Source of the DNA: a virus
Lineage: Duplodnaviria > Caudoviricetes
IMG/VR virus record: IMGVR_UViG_3300028631_000429
Span: 6,385-70,384 of that record
Reading direction: 5' to 3' (one strand)
Length of the DNA: 64,000 nt
The notes beneath the pieces are model-generated. The model did not search any database. It saw only the letters and a list, made by a program, of their open reading frames with translations, and was not told where the DNA came from. A program made the position numbers and the translations under genes. This document shows positions 45,230-55,569 of this stretch, piece by piece (within the stretch, counting starts at the first letter, position 1; each line of letters starts with the position of its first letter).

Positions 45230-46735
45230 ATGACAACTTATAAAAAATTTAACAAGCTAAATATTGACACCATGCTGCTGGGCATAGGAAGAGGGGATAA
45301 CGAAAGCCTATATTTTTGCACACCCAAAGGTGCAAAAATCATTGGATGGGCAGGTGTAGATGGCATTCATTTTTGTTTCATACGAGGGTTCGGAGAAACA
45401 GTATTTGCCGTCAGCCCTATGAACACTCCTGGGAACTATGTGCACCCACTGGCAAGCAGTTTTTCTGACTTTCTGTGTCTTTTACTTGCTTGCGGTGATA
45501 CCACAGCGTTAGAACAGGTACATAGCTGGGATCAGGAGGAGTTTGACACCTTTTTAGAGGATAATCCGGTTACCGAAGAACAAATGTCGGCGTTGAACAT
45601 CATTCGTGAAAAGCTACATCTTGAACCAATTGAGCACCCTTTTACCTATATTAAACAATTGCAGGCTCAGTTTGACTACGGCAAAATCAAATTTACAAAA
45701 GACTATGAAGACTTTATCCCGCCTGCACCGACGCTTCCCGAATGGAAGGTGTATTTTGACGGTAATTTTTTGGGACACTCAGGTAGGCAAAGGCCAGGTA
45801 AAGAGATTCCTGTTCAAGCTTATTTTAATTCAAACAACAAGGAATGGTATATTCCTTCCATCTATTCCTGTAGTCGTGGATTAGTTATAGATTTTTGCAT
45901 AGAAATCCCTGCCAAGCACATTAGTGACTTCATAGATAAGTGGAAACTTTCTCCTGAGAATGATGGCAGTAACTTTTCTGAGCAGCAACGAGAGGAAATT
46001 GAAGCTGAAAACCCGATGACTGTCAATTTCAGTCCCGAGATTGTCTTAAACGGAAAGACAATTTCATCTTCTCACGGTTGTGGATTATCATGGAATCCTT
46101 GTTTTCCCGAGCAGAATGGGATAGAAAGTGATGGCGTCTGTAAACACTATGGACTTGACCAAGACTCAGGCTGGGTCATATGGAGATCAGCCTTTCCTTG
46201 GCAAACAAAAGGTAATCCCTCAATATCCTCTCTAAGTGCTACGATTAAACACGACCGCATTAATATCAGTGGTTCGCATTTCAATGTAAATGTTCCCGGC
46301 GAATGCATTGAGTTTACGAATCCAATAACGAATATATTGCACACAATGACTGTGCAGAAATACGAACAACAAGAAATCCCAACCAATAGTTTTATAGATG
46401 ATAATTACGATTTTCCATCCCACTGCATTGCAATGAACTACACCATTTCACCAGACCTTGATGACGAGTCCTTCTCGGTTCGAGACTGCAACATTGGAGA
46501 TAGACCTCGTAAAAAGCATCATAATCCAATGGAACCGCAGGCTATCAGTGATTCTTTTGCAATTGGAATCATCGGTGGTGCATCTGCACCTACTGCCATT
46601 CCTTTTGGCAATAGTAGGCAAGGAAAGCTTCGTGCCACGTGTTCTGCTTTGCACTTTGAACCTGTAGAAAGAGTAGACTGGCGAATTGTTTTTCATAAAA
46701 ATCCATGTCCAGATATGACTATAAAATTATTATAA
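45230..46735 (+). CDS. Hypothetical protein, N-terminal SUKH/SMI1-like domain possible
   Basis: GVDGIHFCF...VHPLASSFSDFL pattern; third gene of the blaI operon. Confidence 0.6.
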   Translation: MTTYKKFNKLNIDTMLLGIGRGDNESLYFCTPKGAKIIGWAGVDGIHFCFIRGFGETVFAVSPMNTPGNYVHPLASSFSDFLCLLLACGDTTALEQVHSWDQEEFDTFLEDNPVTEEQMSALNIIREKLHLEPIEHPFTYIKQLQAQFDYGKIKFTKDYEDFIPPAPTLPEWKVYFDGNFLGHSGRQRPGKEIPVQAYFNSNNKEWYIPSIYSCSRGLVIDFCIEIPAKHISDFIDKWKLSPENDGSNFSEQQREEIEAENPMTVNFSPEIVLNGKTISSSHGCGLSWNPCFPEQNGIESDGVCKHYGLDQDSGWVIWRSAFPWQTKGNPSISSLSATIKHDRINISGSHFNVNVPGECIEFTNPITNILHTMTVQKYEQQEIPTNSFIDDNYDFPSHCIAMNYTISPDLDDESFSVRDCNIGDRPRKKHHNPMEPQAISDSFAIGIIGGASAPTAIPFGNSRQGKLRATCSALHFEPVERVDWRIVFHKNPCPDMTIKLL

Positions 46736-46787
46736 ATCTTATATAAGTGTCGTACTTTGAGTTACAAATACCATTACAATATTAATT

Positions 46788-46819
46788 GAGCCAATGCATT
46801 TTTATCGATGCATTGGCTC
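46788..46819. terminator. Bidirectional terminator
   Basis: 12-bp IR GAGCCAATGCAT/ATGCATTGGCTC between convergent genes. Confidence 0.75.
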
Positions 46820-46828
46820 TTGCTTTAC

Positions 46829-47170
46829 CTACATCCCCAAAATCGTCCAAATATAGAGTGGTGCCGTTAAGGTAAACACTAAGCAGGCAAACAAGATTGC
46901 CGGGGCACTCCACTCAAATTGGCCGTGCTTGCGATAGTCAAAATACGCCATCCCAAGCTTAGCAAAGAAAAATACAGCTAAAATAAGGTCTATTGCTGGA
47001 AATACCACATTGTTTACCACTGTCTTTATCTGCCCTGAAGCATCTCGCCATGTGCCTTCAATTGCTCCTGCTACATCCCCGGTACCGGCTGCAAAAGCCG
47101 TTGTACAGAAAAGCATGGAGAGCACGAGGACACAAGTCAGCATCAGGATTCTTTTTTTATTTTTTGTCAT
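46829..47170 (-). CDS. DUF3852-like VirB2/TrbC pilin-like protein
   Basis: Signal peptide TTAFA, then two hydrophobic helices (VVFPAIDLILAVFFFAKL). Confidence 0.75.
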   Translation of the reverse strand: MTKNKKRILMLTCVLVLSMLFCTTAFAAGTGDVAGAIEGTWRDASGQIKTVVNNVVFPAIDLILAVFFFAKLGMAYFDYRKHGQFEWSAPAILFACLVFTLTAPLYIWTILGM

Positions 47171-47273
47171 AGAGACCGCCTTTCTTTCTTTTCGTATTTT
47201 CAACACAAAATCCCTGCGGATGAGAATAATCATTTCTCGTCTGCAGGGATTTCTATTGTTATCTTTCCTTCTT

Positions 47274-48959
47274 TTATGGCTTTAGCGGTGCTACATGCCA
47301 ATCATCCCAGAGTGATCCTCGAATAGCCAGGCTATCGGTTAGATTTGCCGAGAGCATCCCAACCGGAGTCCAGCTATCAAGAATCCAGGTATTCACCTCA
47401 TAACTTCCATCCGGCATCCAAACAGGGCTGAAATGTGTTCTGTTCTTGTAGGTTGAGTAATTGTTTTTTTGAAATTCAAAGCGAGTGGAACTTCCGCTTT
47501 GTACTCTCTCCAGCAGTCTCCAGTAGGTGTCATAGTTAAACTCCGGAAAATAGCTTACAGCATTTTGTGGATTCGTCACTGCGGAGGATTGATTGCTGCT
47601 TACTGAGGTAAATACTTCCTGATTAATTCCATAACCTGACTTCATAATTCGACCGTTAGCAGTAGGGTTTTTGCTATCACAACGGATAGCCAAATTAGCA
47701 GAAAAAGAAGCATGATATCTGCTTAAATCAAATTCCCACCATCCGTGATCACACCAATACCCATCCTCTTCATCTCCGTGCCATACCCAGTATGCCCTCC
47801 ACCAGGGACTCCAAACTGTCCAATCAGCTCTTGTTTTTTCTGCCCGCTGCGGAACAAGACTTTTTTGAAAGCTATCGTTTCTATCATCAGCTATAGGGTT
47901 AGGCGGGGGATTCTTACTCAAATCTACAATCTTGCAGTTTATTATACTTTTATCCGTTCCTCCCGGACCTCGCACAGACACATGAATTACCATGTCCTGC
48001 TCCGTAGCCGGAGTTTTCCACTTTACCCATGCAAGCTGACTGTCGCCGCTCGGATAGTAGATATTACCCACGTTATAGGTTGTGCCATTTATTGTGAAGC
48101 TTACACGGGTTGGATTGTCGGGGTCAGATTGGCCTCCGCTTACTCTCACCGATGTGATTACCTCTGTATTTACTCTATATTCATAATCATAGGCGGAAAC
48201 AACAGGAGGCTCCGGTTGTTCTTGAAAGCGTACAATACCAAGTCCAAGACTGGATTTAATATCTGCATTTGAAGCAGTGCTGGTTTTGCTGCCACTCCAT
48301 GCCGGATAGCCAAGATCACCTACTTCTAAAAACATAGCGAGGGGCAAGTTTTTGTGTGACAGAGATGTCATTCGTTTTCTAAGCAAACCGCTAACCTGTT
48401 CATCGTACAAAGCTGCTTCAGTAGCAGTTGTAGCAATCATCACACCCTCAAATTTATAAAAAGCAAAGGGTTCAAGAAGCAGCTTGTAATCCCCACCAAT
48501 CAGCACATCATAGTTCATGCCTGTGTGATTGGAAATTAGTTTTATGGTGTATTCTGAACAAAAATACTTTTTAATTGCATCAATATTGTTGCTGCCGTTA
48601 GTGCTTACAATGCGTGGTATTGCCTGGGGAGGGTTTATATATTGATAGCTTCCTTGCTGAGGTGAAAGACCTTTACCGTTGCTATAGCTTAGTTTGCTAA
48701 CCTTGCCGAAATGAAACAATGTTGAAGGGGGATTTTTATTCGTAAGATCAATAGGGGTAGTAACTACGGCATGATCACTGGCTCTTACCACAGTCACCCT
48801 TACCCCATCGTTGCCTGGTGTCCATGAGTTCGTACTTGTGCCATCACCCATGCCACCGCCCCCACCATCTATATTCCCATCTCCGACTGCGAAAGCCGAA
48901 AGAGAAAAACAGCATATCAAGGCAAGGCTTAGGCAAATTGAAGTCAATACTTTTTTCAT
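47274..48959 (-). CDS. Secreted conserved ICE protein
   Basis: Signal peptide LSAFA, GDGNIDGGGGGMG, Trp-rich C-terminal half. Confidence 0.75.
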   Translation of the reverse strand: MKKVLTSICLSLALICCFSLSAFAVGDGNIDGGGGGMGDGTSTNSWTPGNDGVRVTVVRASDHAVVTTPIDLTNKNPPSTLFHFGKVSKLSYSNGKGLSPQQGSYQYINPPQAIPRIVSTNGSNNIDAIKKYFCSEYTIKLISNHTGMNYDVLIGGDYKLLLEPFAFYKFEGVMIATTATEAALYDEQVSGLLRKRMTSLSHKNLPLAMFLEVGDLGYPAWSGSKTSTASNADIKSSLGLGIVRFQEQPEPPVVSAYDYEYRVNTEVITSVRVSGGQSDPDNPTRVSFTINGTTYNVGNIYYPSGDSQLAWVKWKTPATEQDMVIHVSVRGPGGTDKSIINCKIVDLSKNPPPNPIADDRNDSFQKSLVPQRAEKTRADWTVWSPWWRAYWVWHGDEEDGYWCDHGWWEFDLSRYHASFSANLAIRCDSKNPTANGRIMKSGYGINQEVFTSVSSNQSSAVTNPQNAVSYFPEFNYDTYWRLLERVQSGSSTRFEFQKNNYSTYKNRTHFSPVWMPDGSYEVNTWILDSWTPVGMLSANLTDSLAIRGSLWDDWHVAPLKP

Positions 48960-48979
48960 TCGGACTCCTTTCCGCAATA

Positions 48980-49008
48980 AAAAATGCACCGCTTAGCAGT
49001 GCATTTTT
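48980..49008. terminator. Intrinsic terminator-like hairpin
   Basis: AAAAATGCAC-N9-GTGCATTTTT. Confidence 0.6.
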
Positions 49009-49022
49009 TACGCTATATTTAT

Positions 49023-49586
49023 TTAGTTTCCCAGAATACCTACTTGCTTGTTAATATCCCCATCACTTTCTCCTACAATTCCTTGATTTTCTCCGCTGTT
49101 TTTAATCCAGCCAAATCCCGGGAGGTAAGTCTCACCCTTACCATTAACATCCCCGCCTTGAGGCTGACTATCACTCTTGGGCGGTGTGCTTGGCTTTTCT
49201 ACCTTGTTATGCTCTATCGGTTTATCCTGCTCAGTGACTTTTTCGCCATCCGGCTTTTGGTCAGGGTTTTTAAGCTGTTCATCGGTGTACTCCGGCTTGA
49301 TAGGATTAGGCTGAATTGTTTGCTCGGTGCCTTTATCTATCCCATTGCCGGTTTTGGATTCCTCTTGAATTTGTATTGGCGGTACTTTAATGTCCTCTTC
49401 TTTTTCTGTTATATCGGGATTTTCTACTGCCACTTTCTGTGTGCCGCTATTTTGCTCTGGCAGATCTAAGTCATTTATTGTCGGTGCTTTAAACTGGCTC
49501 ATAATTGCTACCACAAGCACTACACTCAGAGCCAGTCCACCTGCAATTAGAAGCCATTTTTTTAATCTATCATTTATATTTTTCAT
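49023..49586 (-). CDS. DUF6550-like single-TM protein
   Basis: RBS AAGGAGG, one TM, Pro/Lys/Glu-rich linker, YLPGFGW...DINKQVG end. Confidence 0.7.
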   Translation of the reverse strand: MKNINDRLKKWLLIAGGLALSVVLVVAIMSQFKAPTINDLDLPEQNSGTQKVAVENPDITEKEEDIKVPPIQIQEESKTGNGIDKGTEQTIQPNPIKPEYTDEQLKNPDQKPDGEKVTEQDKPIEHNKVEKPSTPPKSDSQPQGGDVNGKGETYLPGFGWIKNSGENQGIVGESDGDINKQVGILGN

Positions 49587-49710
49587 AAGAGCATCCTCCT
49601 TGTCTAAATTCACATATTTTGTTAATCCACACCCTACCACATGAGAGTTCAAAAGTCTATCATTATTGTTAACAGGATTTTCGTGATTCCATTGACATAG
49701 ATCATGGGGC

Positions 49711-50256
49711 TTAAAATTTTGGGGTATAACCGGCACTGGTTTTTACCTTTATTTGCATAGGAGGCAGCAGCTTTCCCCCAAAGGATACCGGCACCTCCAG
49801 CATAATGGTGCTGTCCGCCTGAAATCGTGCGGCACTTTGATCCCTTGCAGCAAATGGTGCATTTTTAATATTTACTGAAAGCCCCCATATGCGAAATTCC
49901 AGCTTGTTTTCAGATGTGCGCTTTTCATGATAACCACCGCTGTAGCGAAGTCCAAGGATGCTATCCAGCCTGTCATATATATCGCCATAATCAAGACTTT
50001 CTTCAAAATCCGCGGCGATAGGTTGATAAGCCCCTGAATACCCTTCACGGACACCGTGATACACATCATCGTAATTATCATTAACAGTTGAAATAACAGC
50101 TGATTGCACGGCATCACGAACACCTTGGGCGACAATCATCAGGCGGAAGTATTCTGAAATACCGCTGAAAATTATAACTAAAGATAGAGTGATGGCTATA
50201 ATAAGGGGAAAGGATGCAGCTCTTTTATCTTTTAAAATTCGTTTAATTTTCTCCAT
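49711..50256 (-). CDS. TadE/F-like minor pilin
   Basis: Basic leader KDKRA followed by hydrophobic helix; in Tad locus. Confidence 0.65.
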   Translation of the reverse strand: MEKIKRILKDKRAASFPLIIAITLSLVIIFSGISEYFRLMIVAQGVRDAVQSAVISTVNDNYDDVYHGVREGYSGAYQPIAADFEESLDYGDIYDRLDSILGLRYSGGYHEKRTSENKLEFRIWGLSVNIKNAPFAARDQSAARFQADSTIMLEVPVSFGGKLLPPMQIKVKTSAGYTPKF

Positions 50257-50264
50257 ATCGCCAC

Positions 50265-50672
50265 CTACTTCCAATAGACTTCTGATTTTCCTGCCGCATC
50301 TGAACGCAGGGTAATGGGAAAGGAGCTAAAGCCTGAGAATAAGCCGATGTCAGCCTGATAGGTGACTGTTACGGTGAATTCTTCATTAAGCTGGATTTTA
50401 CCTGTTTTTGACCATGTGACAGTAGGATTAAGTCCTGTTTTTTCACATAGAATCTGTTCTCTACGACTTGTTTCACTTCCTACACGGCCTGCAATTTCCG
50501 CTTCCCGAATCAGCTCCACGGCAAAGGTATCCACCTGTTGTTTTTGGATATAGACAGGAAAGACTTTTACTGCGAGGGCTATAACCAGCATGGCACAGAT
50601 AATCAGAATACAGATATCAATATAGCCCTCGGCTCGTCTGCTTTTTAGAATATATTTTGTTTTTCTTAGCAT
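50265..50672 (-). CDS. DUF4320-like TadE minor pilin
   Basis: KSRRA|EGYID then hydrophobic helix. Confidence 0.75.
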   Translation of the reverse strand: MLRKTKYILKSRRAEGYIDICILIICAMLVIALAVKVFPVYIQKQQVDTFAVELIREAEIAGRVGSETSRREQILCEKTGLNPTVTWSKTGKIQLNEEFTVTVTYQADIGLFSGFSSFPITLRSDAAGKSEVYWK

Positions 50673-50684
50673 AACACCGCCCTC

Positions 50685-51557
50685 CTAAAACATCCCGCCA
50701 AGGGAATGGATAATTTCATAGATAATGATCGCCATGTAGGTCATAAGAAAACACATCAGCATAGCAAAGGAAAATACACGGATTTTAGGCGGTATCTTCA
50801 TGGCCTGTGCCTTTAATCTTTGCAGTTCCAACTGCTTCATATCATGAGAAAGCATTTGAAAATACATAGCACTGTCATCTCCCCGCAGGACACCGATCAG
50901 TCCGCGGGTAATGTCTGAGAGCATGGGTGAATTAAACCTCGCTTCAAAGCGTGTAAGGGCGGCTTCATAAGATGATGAACGCATATCAGCCGTTAAAATA
51001 TCTAATTCGGCGGAAAAATCCTCTCCTGCATTTTTCTTGAAACTTTCCAACATGGATAACACATCCCGGCTGGCTTTCAGTTCTTGGGTAATGGTCGCCA
51101 CAAATCTTGGCAGTTCCTGCTCAATCTTGTTTCTCTTTGCAGACAAAGCCTCATCTGCCTTACGAATCTCCTTAAAATAGATGAGGATGGCAAGAAACAC
51201 TACAATGGGTGCTAAGAGAGGCAGTACGATTAGGCAGGGAATAACCGCCAAGGCAACGGCGACAGATTTTACAACCGCCATTGCAGTAAAAAGTTCAGGT
51301 GTTTCTGAAAAACCTGCCGCTGACAGCACATTGGCCATGCGGCTTTTTTTATACTCATCCATGGGTATATATTTTGATAGCTTTACAGCCGCTGAACGAA
51401 GTAAAGTATCGATGGTTTTAGGCTTGGATTTTGCCTGCTTTCCTGCTAAAAGCATCGCCTTTTCTGTAGCAAGGGTAGGCAGCTTCAACAGGTCAGCAGC
51501 TATAAAAAAGAGTCCTAATCCAAGGAGGACTCCAAATAAAAGTATATAGATTGTCAT
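50685..51557 (-). CDS. tadC: TadC-like pilus platform protein
   Basis: T2SSF-like ELPRFVATI, three TM segments; follows tadB. Confidence 0.8.
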   Translation of the reverse strand: MTIYILLFGVLLGLGLFFIAADLLKLPTLATEKAMLLAGKQAKSKPKTIDTLLRSAAVKLSKYIPMDEYKKSRMANVLSAAGFSETPELFTAMAVVKSVAVALAVIPCLIVLPLLAPIVVFLAILIYFKEIRKADEALSAKRNKIEQELPRFVATITQELKASRDVLSMLESFKKNAGEDFSAELDILTADMRSSSYEAALTRFEARFNSPMLSDITRGLIGVLRGDDSAMYFQMLSHDMKQLELQRLKAQAMKIPPKIRVFSFAMLMCFLMTYMAIIIYEIIHSLGGMF

Positions 51558-51560
51558 CTG

Positions 51561-52490
51561 TTACCTCCTGTATTCTATTGGCTGGGTCAGCTTGATAACA
51601 AATGCCGTGGAAATGAAAATAACAGCGGCACAGATCGTCAAAACAATCTGCCCCAGGAGGGTGTGCATTAAGGTGTGATACCAATCTTTGTTCAAAAAAT
51701 ATAAGAGAGGAATGTTTCCTACTACCAGAACCTGCATGATAATAAATTCTTTACGAGGTTCAAACACCATATTCTCCAGTTCACCATTGACCACACGCAT
51801 ATCGCTGAGCTTGCTTACAATAGGTGTCAGGGTGGTTTTTAGACTCCTGTCCTGCTGGCAGGCAATAATGGCATCGCACCATTCTCGAAACACAGCGTTA
51901 TCTATTTGTTCTTTCAGGTCGTGGAGTGCAGCTGTAACATCGGGGTTTACCAGCTTGACCCTTGATACAAATCCACGAAATACATTCAATACCGGCTGGT
52001 TGAGATAAGGGATATTTTCTTCTACCGCTGTTAGAATATCCTCATTTCTCAGATAGGCGGTAGTAATAATGCTAAGTGCTGTTTCAAGCTCCGCGGCTAT
52101 ATCCTTTTTGAAATGCCCGGCAGTCAGCTTCACCCACCAAAAAGGCAGAAACATACATCCTACTGCCATAACAGGGATTAAAAAAATGTTTCCCATCATG
52201 ATTGCGATAGAGGCGCCGATGCAAAAGAACAGCAGAGCCGCCCCACAGAGCACAGGAAATTTTGCCGTCCTGCCTGTGACTTTTAGGATGGCCTGCACCT
52301 CGGCGATTTCACGGCGCAGATAAGATTTCTTTTTGCGGCGAGTGGCTTCATTGATCTCATCACGAAGAGATCTCGGCTTATCATTAAGTTTTGCAAACAC
52401 TCTGTCTGTAAATTCCATAGGTGACAGGTTCAGTAAAATAAAAAAACCTGCTATCATTCCGACGCAGGCAACAAGCTGAATGGTTGTCAT
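51561..52490 (-). CDS. tadB: TadB-like pilus platform protein
   Basis: ELETALSIITTAY, TM segments; directly after the ATPase. Confidence 0.8.
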   Translation of the reverse strand: MTTIQLVACVGMIAGFFILLNLSPMEFTDRVFAKLNDKPRSLRDEINEATRRKKKSYLRREIAEVQAILKVTGRTAKFPVLCGAALLFFCIGASIAIMMGNIFLIPVMAVGCMFLPFWWVKLTAGHFKKDIAAELETALSIITTAYLRNEDILTAVEENIPYLNQPVLNVFRGFVSRVKLVNPDVTAALHDLKEQIDNAVFREWCDAIIACQQDRSLKTTLTPIVSKLSDMRVVNGELENMVFEPRKEFIIMQVLVVGNIPLLYFLNKDWYHTLMHTLLGQIVLTICAAVIFISTAFVIKLTQPIEYRR

Positions 52491-53914
52491 ATAGTTTTAA
52501 CCCCCTCTCTGAGGTTATTGATGATGGGCTGTGGCATACCGTTTTCCAGAAGTCTTTTGGCAAGACTTTCGGAAATAGTGTTCACCTGCTCATGGTGTCC
52601 CTCAATCATAAAGTTTCCATCCTCCATGCGATTTTCCGTTATGACATACTGAAACAGTGGTCGAAAATGCCTTGTTCCATCGGGCAAGATTTCGCATTCT
52701 TGTATTTCCATCATACGGCGTTGCTTGTTTTCCAGCTGTTTACAAAATACCACGATGGGATAGGCCTCCGTCACATAATCCATAAGGGTGGCGTCGCTCA
52801 TATCCACAGCACGCTTGCATAGGGATACCATACGGCGATAGGTAGCTTCACAAGAATTGGAGTGAATGGTAGTCAGTACAGCTACACCGGTTCGAGCAGC
52901 CTCCTGTGCCGCATTAGCTTCAGCGCCGCGCATTTCACCGACTACGACAATATCGGGATTAAAGCGCAGGGCCATGTCTAAAAGTGTAATTTGATCTACA
53001 CGCTGGCGATCATTATCTGAATCACGGGTGAGGGTGTGGATGACCGAGTTCGTCACTTTGCCCCCTTTCTCCCTCACCAAGGCAAGCTCACGGGATCCGT
53101 TTTCAATGGTATAGATTCTTTTATTATCAGGAATGGTGGTTAGTATCCAACCTGCTACGGTGGTTTTGCCGCTGGAGGTAGCCCCTGCCACGCATACGGA
53201 AATACCATAGCGAACACAAAGGGATAAAAAGTCCAGCATGGGTTCAGTCGCAGTGCCGCTTTTAATGAAATCTTCCTTTTGCATAGACTGAGGGTTTACG
53301 ATACGAATGGATGCCGCAATGCCCACATCTTCGTCTACAATAGGACTTTTCAAAACAGCGATACGGATATTCTTAGAAAGATGCCCAAGTACGATGGGGC
53401 TTGCATTATCCAGCACCATACCGCTGATATGAAGCATACGGCGGATTACATTGACAGCATGTTCCGGGCTATCAAAGCGTTCAGTAAGCTTTACCGTACT
53501 CCCATCGCTATACTGCACTTCAATATCCCTCCAGCTGTTGATGTCTATTTCTTCAATGCCTGTTCCAAAGATATATTTAGTCAAAAATCCAAACTCCGCC
53601 ATTTCAGTGTAGAGTGCATCGGCAAGTGCATCGCCGCCCATACCATTTACCGAGATTCGGTGATCCTGCAGATATTTAGTAATATACCTTTTCATCTGTG
53701 CCTTGGAATCGGCACGGTTACCGGTGATTAAAGTGCTATAATTTTCCGAGATATATTCCTGCACATCACTTAGTACCGAGGAGAAATCCTTGCCCTCGCT
53801 TTCAGGAGCGAAAAACAGAGAATGGGCTTGGGAGATGCTGTTCATGTCGAGATTATCTTCGAATTGTTTCTGCTTGCTAAAAACAGAGGCATTCCTTTTT
53901 TCACCAAACATCAA
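52487..53914 (-). CDS. tadA: TadA/CpaF pilus assembly ATPase
   Basis: Walker A GATSSGKTT, TIEN, LRFNPDIVVVGEMRG, TTIHSN. Confidence 0.92.
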   Translation of the reverse strand: MMFGEKRNASVFSKQKQFEDNLDMNSISQAHSLFFAPESEGKDFSSVLSDVQEYISENYSTLITGNRADSKAQMKRYITKYLQDHRISVNGMGGDALADALYTEMAEFGFLTKYIFGTGIEEIDINSWRDIEVQYSDGSTVKLTERFDSPEHAVNVIRRMLHISGMVLDNASPIVLGHLSKNIRIAVLKSPIVDEDVGIAASIRIVNPQSMQKEDFIKSGTATEPMLDFLSLCVRYGISVCVAGATSSGKTTVAGWILTTIPDNKRIYTIENGSRELALVREKGGKVTNSVIHTLTRDSDNDRQRVDQITLLDMALRFNPDIVVVGEMRGAEANAAQEAARTGVAVLTTIHSNSCEATYRRMVSLCKRAVDMSDATLMDYVTEAYPIVVFCKQLENKQRRMMEIQECEILPDGTRHFRPLFQYVITENRMEDGNFMIEGHHEQVNTISESLAKRLLENGMPQPIINNLREGVKTI

Positions 53915-54717
53915 AACACCTCCCTTATAATTTTTTCAATTTCTTTTCTAAACTGGCGGCTGTCCTTAAGAGATAAATCAGCCAGCAGATTACCGGCAAG
54001 GTATTGCTGCTCTAATTCCTGTGAATGATTCAGAACAAAAGCAGCCGAACCCAGTGCCTGCACAGTTTGTTCCTGTGCCTGCTGGGGCTTTACATTGGCA
54101 GACACCTTATACTGCTTATCTGCATCCCATTTGCTGTCACGTAGGAGAGTCAGCTGACTGGACAGGTAGCTGATGGATTTTAAATCCGCATTGGCAAGAC
54201 GCAAAACACTGTCTGCTTCCATGAGGGCTAATGCTGAAAGGATATCATTTGCAATATAACTGCTGCAGTCCACAATAATAAAAGGAGCTACTCTGCGAAG
54301 TTCACAAAGCAGCTCCCTGGCCTGCACCTCTGAATAAGGCGGATAGGTGTATTCATTTTCACCTTTCTTCATTCCCAAAATTGTGAGATAGCTGTTCTTT
54401 TTTAATGTTACAAGATTGTGCTTAATTAAAGGCTCTGTTACATGAGTGGCGGCAAGAACACTGCCCAAAGAATGCTCGCTGTCAATCTCAGAGGGTGAGC
54501 AAATACAAGGCAACATCGGTGCAGTCATGTCACATAGAAGCAGTACCACATTTTGTTTTTTATCTGCAAGGTATTTTGCAATTTTTACGGCAGTTACTGT
54601 TTTACCGCTTCCCGGACTGCCCCAAACAGCCAGGATGCCGCCTTGTAATTTTTCTTCAGCATCCGGTTTCTCCGCTCGTAGTGAGCGAGAAAAAATGCTT
54701 TTCTTTTTGAAGTTCAT
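53911..54717 (-). CDS. TadZ/CpaE-like MinD/ParA ATPase
   Basis: GSPGSGKT, IIVDC; between cpaB and tadA. Confidence 0.8.
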   Translation of the reverse strand: MNFKKKSIFSRSLRAEKPDAEEKLQGGILAVWGSPGSGKTVTAVKIAKYLADKKQNVVLLLCDMTAPMLPCICSPSEIDSEHSLGSVLAATHVTEPLIKHNLVTLKKNSYLTILGMKKGENEYTYPPYSEVQARELLCELRRVAPFIIVDCSSYIANDILSALALMEADSVLRLANADLKSISYLSSQLTLLRDSKWDADKQYKVSANVKPQQAQEQTVQALGSAAFVLNHSQELEQQYLAGNLLADLSLKDSRQFRKEIEKIIREVF

Positions 54718-55539
54718 TTATTCTGTCACCTCATTCTCATCAAACTGTTCAGGCTCTGCTTCCTGCGACTGTGCCGTCTGCTCCTGTTCATCACCTTTTT
54801 GTTCTGTGGGATAAAGAGCTTCGTTAATTTTATCCTGTGCATCAATAAACTTTGCGGTGTTGGCAGGGGTGCCGCGATAAACAAGGGATAGGTGGAGCTT
54901 TCCGTCTGCCTCAAGTTCTGCCAGCACTTTGCTCTGCTCAGAAGATACAAGCAGGGTTACTGTGGAAGGCAGTTCCCGCTCATCCTGATTTACTTGTGTT
55001 TCCCCAGTGTTGGCATCATAACCGCTGGAGGCAGTTACGCTGATAATTTCTACATATTTAAGCTCGGCAGGGACTACAGTGGAGCCCTGCTTCTTGTAAT
55101 CAGGAGCAATGACAGACACAATATCTCCGCTTTGCAGTTTGCCCGACAGCCCATTTGCAAAGTTTTTAATGGTAACTGACATAGCTTGTTTGCTGCCGTC
55201 TAAATTGTATAAATAGGCATTTTCAGCGGCAGGAGTATCAGACAGTTTGGTATTTAAAATGTAGTCACCAATGGAGAGATCGGCCTTTGCGTACTTGCCT
55301 ATGACCGTATCTTTTTGCCTGATGACATTCTCCGGCAGACCAAAGCCTCCGACTTCGGCAATCTGCACCATGTCCTTGGTTATTTCATCACCGGCCTTAA
55401 TTTCTTTTGTCACCCTAATAATTTCGGTTTTTTGACTGAGTGTTTTATTAAACAGCGGTGTAAGTCCAAAGCAGATGAGTAAAGACAATAAAATGCAGAT
55501 TACACCAAGCACGGTGCGGTTTTTCAATAAATTCATCAA
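54718..55539 (-). CDS. cpaB: CpaB/RcpC Flp pilus assembly protein (SAF domain)
   Basis: N-terminal TM, IKAGDEIT SAF motif, GKLQSGDIVSV, TVTLLV. Confidence 0.88.
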   Translation of the reverse strand: MMNLLKNRTVLGVICILLSLLICFGLTPLFNKTLSQKTEIIRVTKEIKAGDEITKDMVQIAEVGGFGLPENVIRQKDTVIGKYAKADLSIGDYILNTKLSDTPAAENAYLYNLDGSKQAMSVTIKNFANGLSGKLQSGDIVSVIAPDYKKQGSTVVPAELKYVEIISVTASSGYDANTGETQVNQDERELPSTVTLLVSSEQSKVLAELEADGKLHLSLVYRGTPANTAKFIDAQDKINEALYPTEQKGDEQEQTAQSQEAEPEQFDENEVTE

Positions 55540-55569
55540 CAGATCCTCCTTAGTTTTTAATCACGGGAA

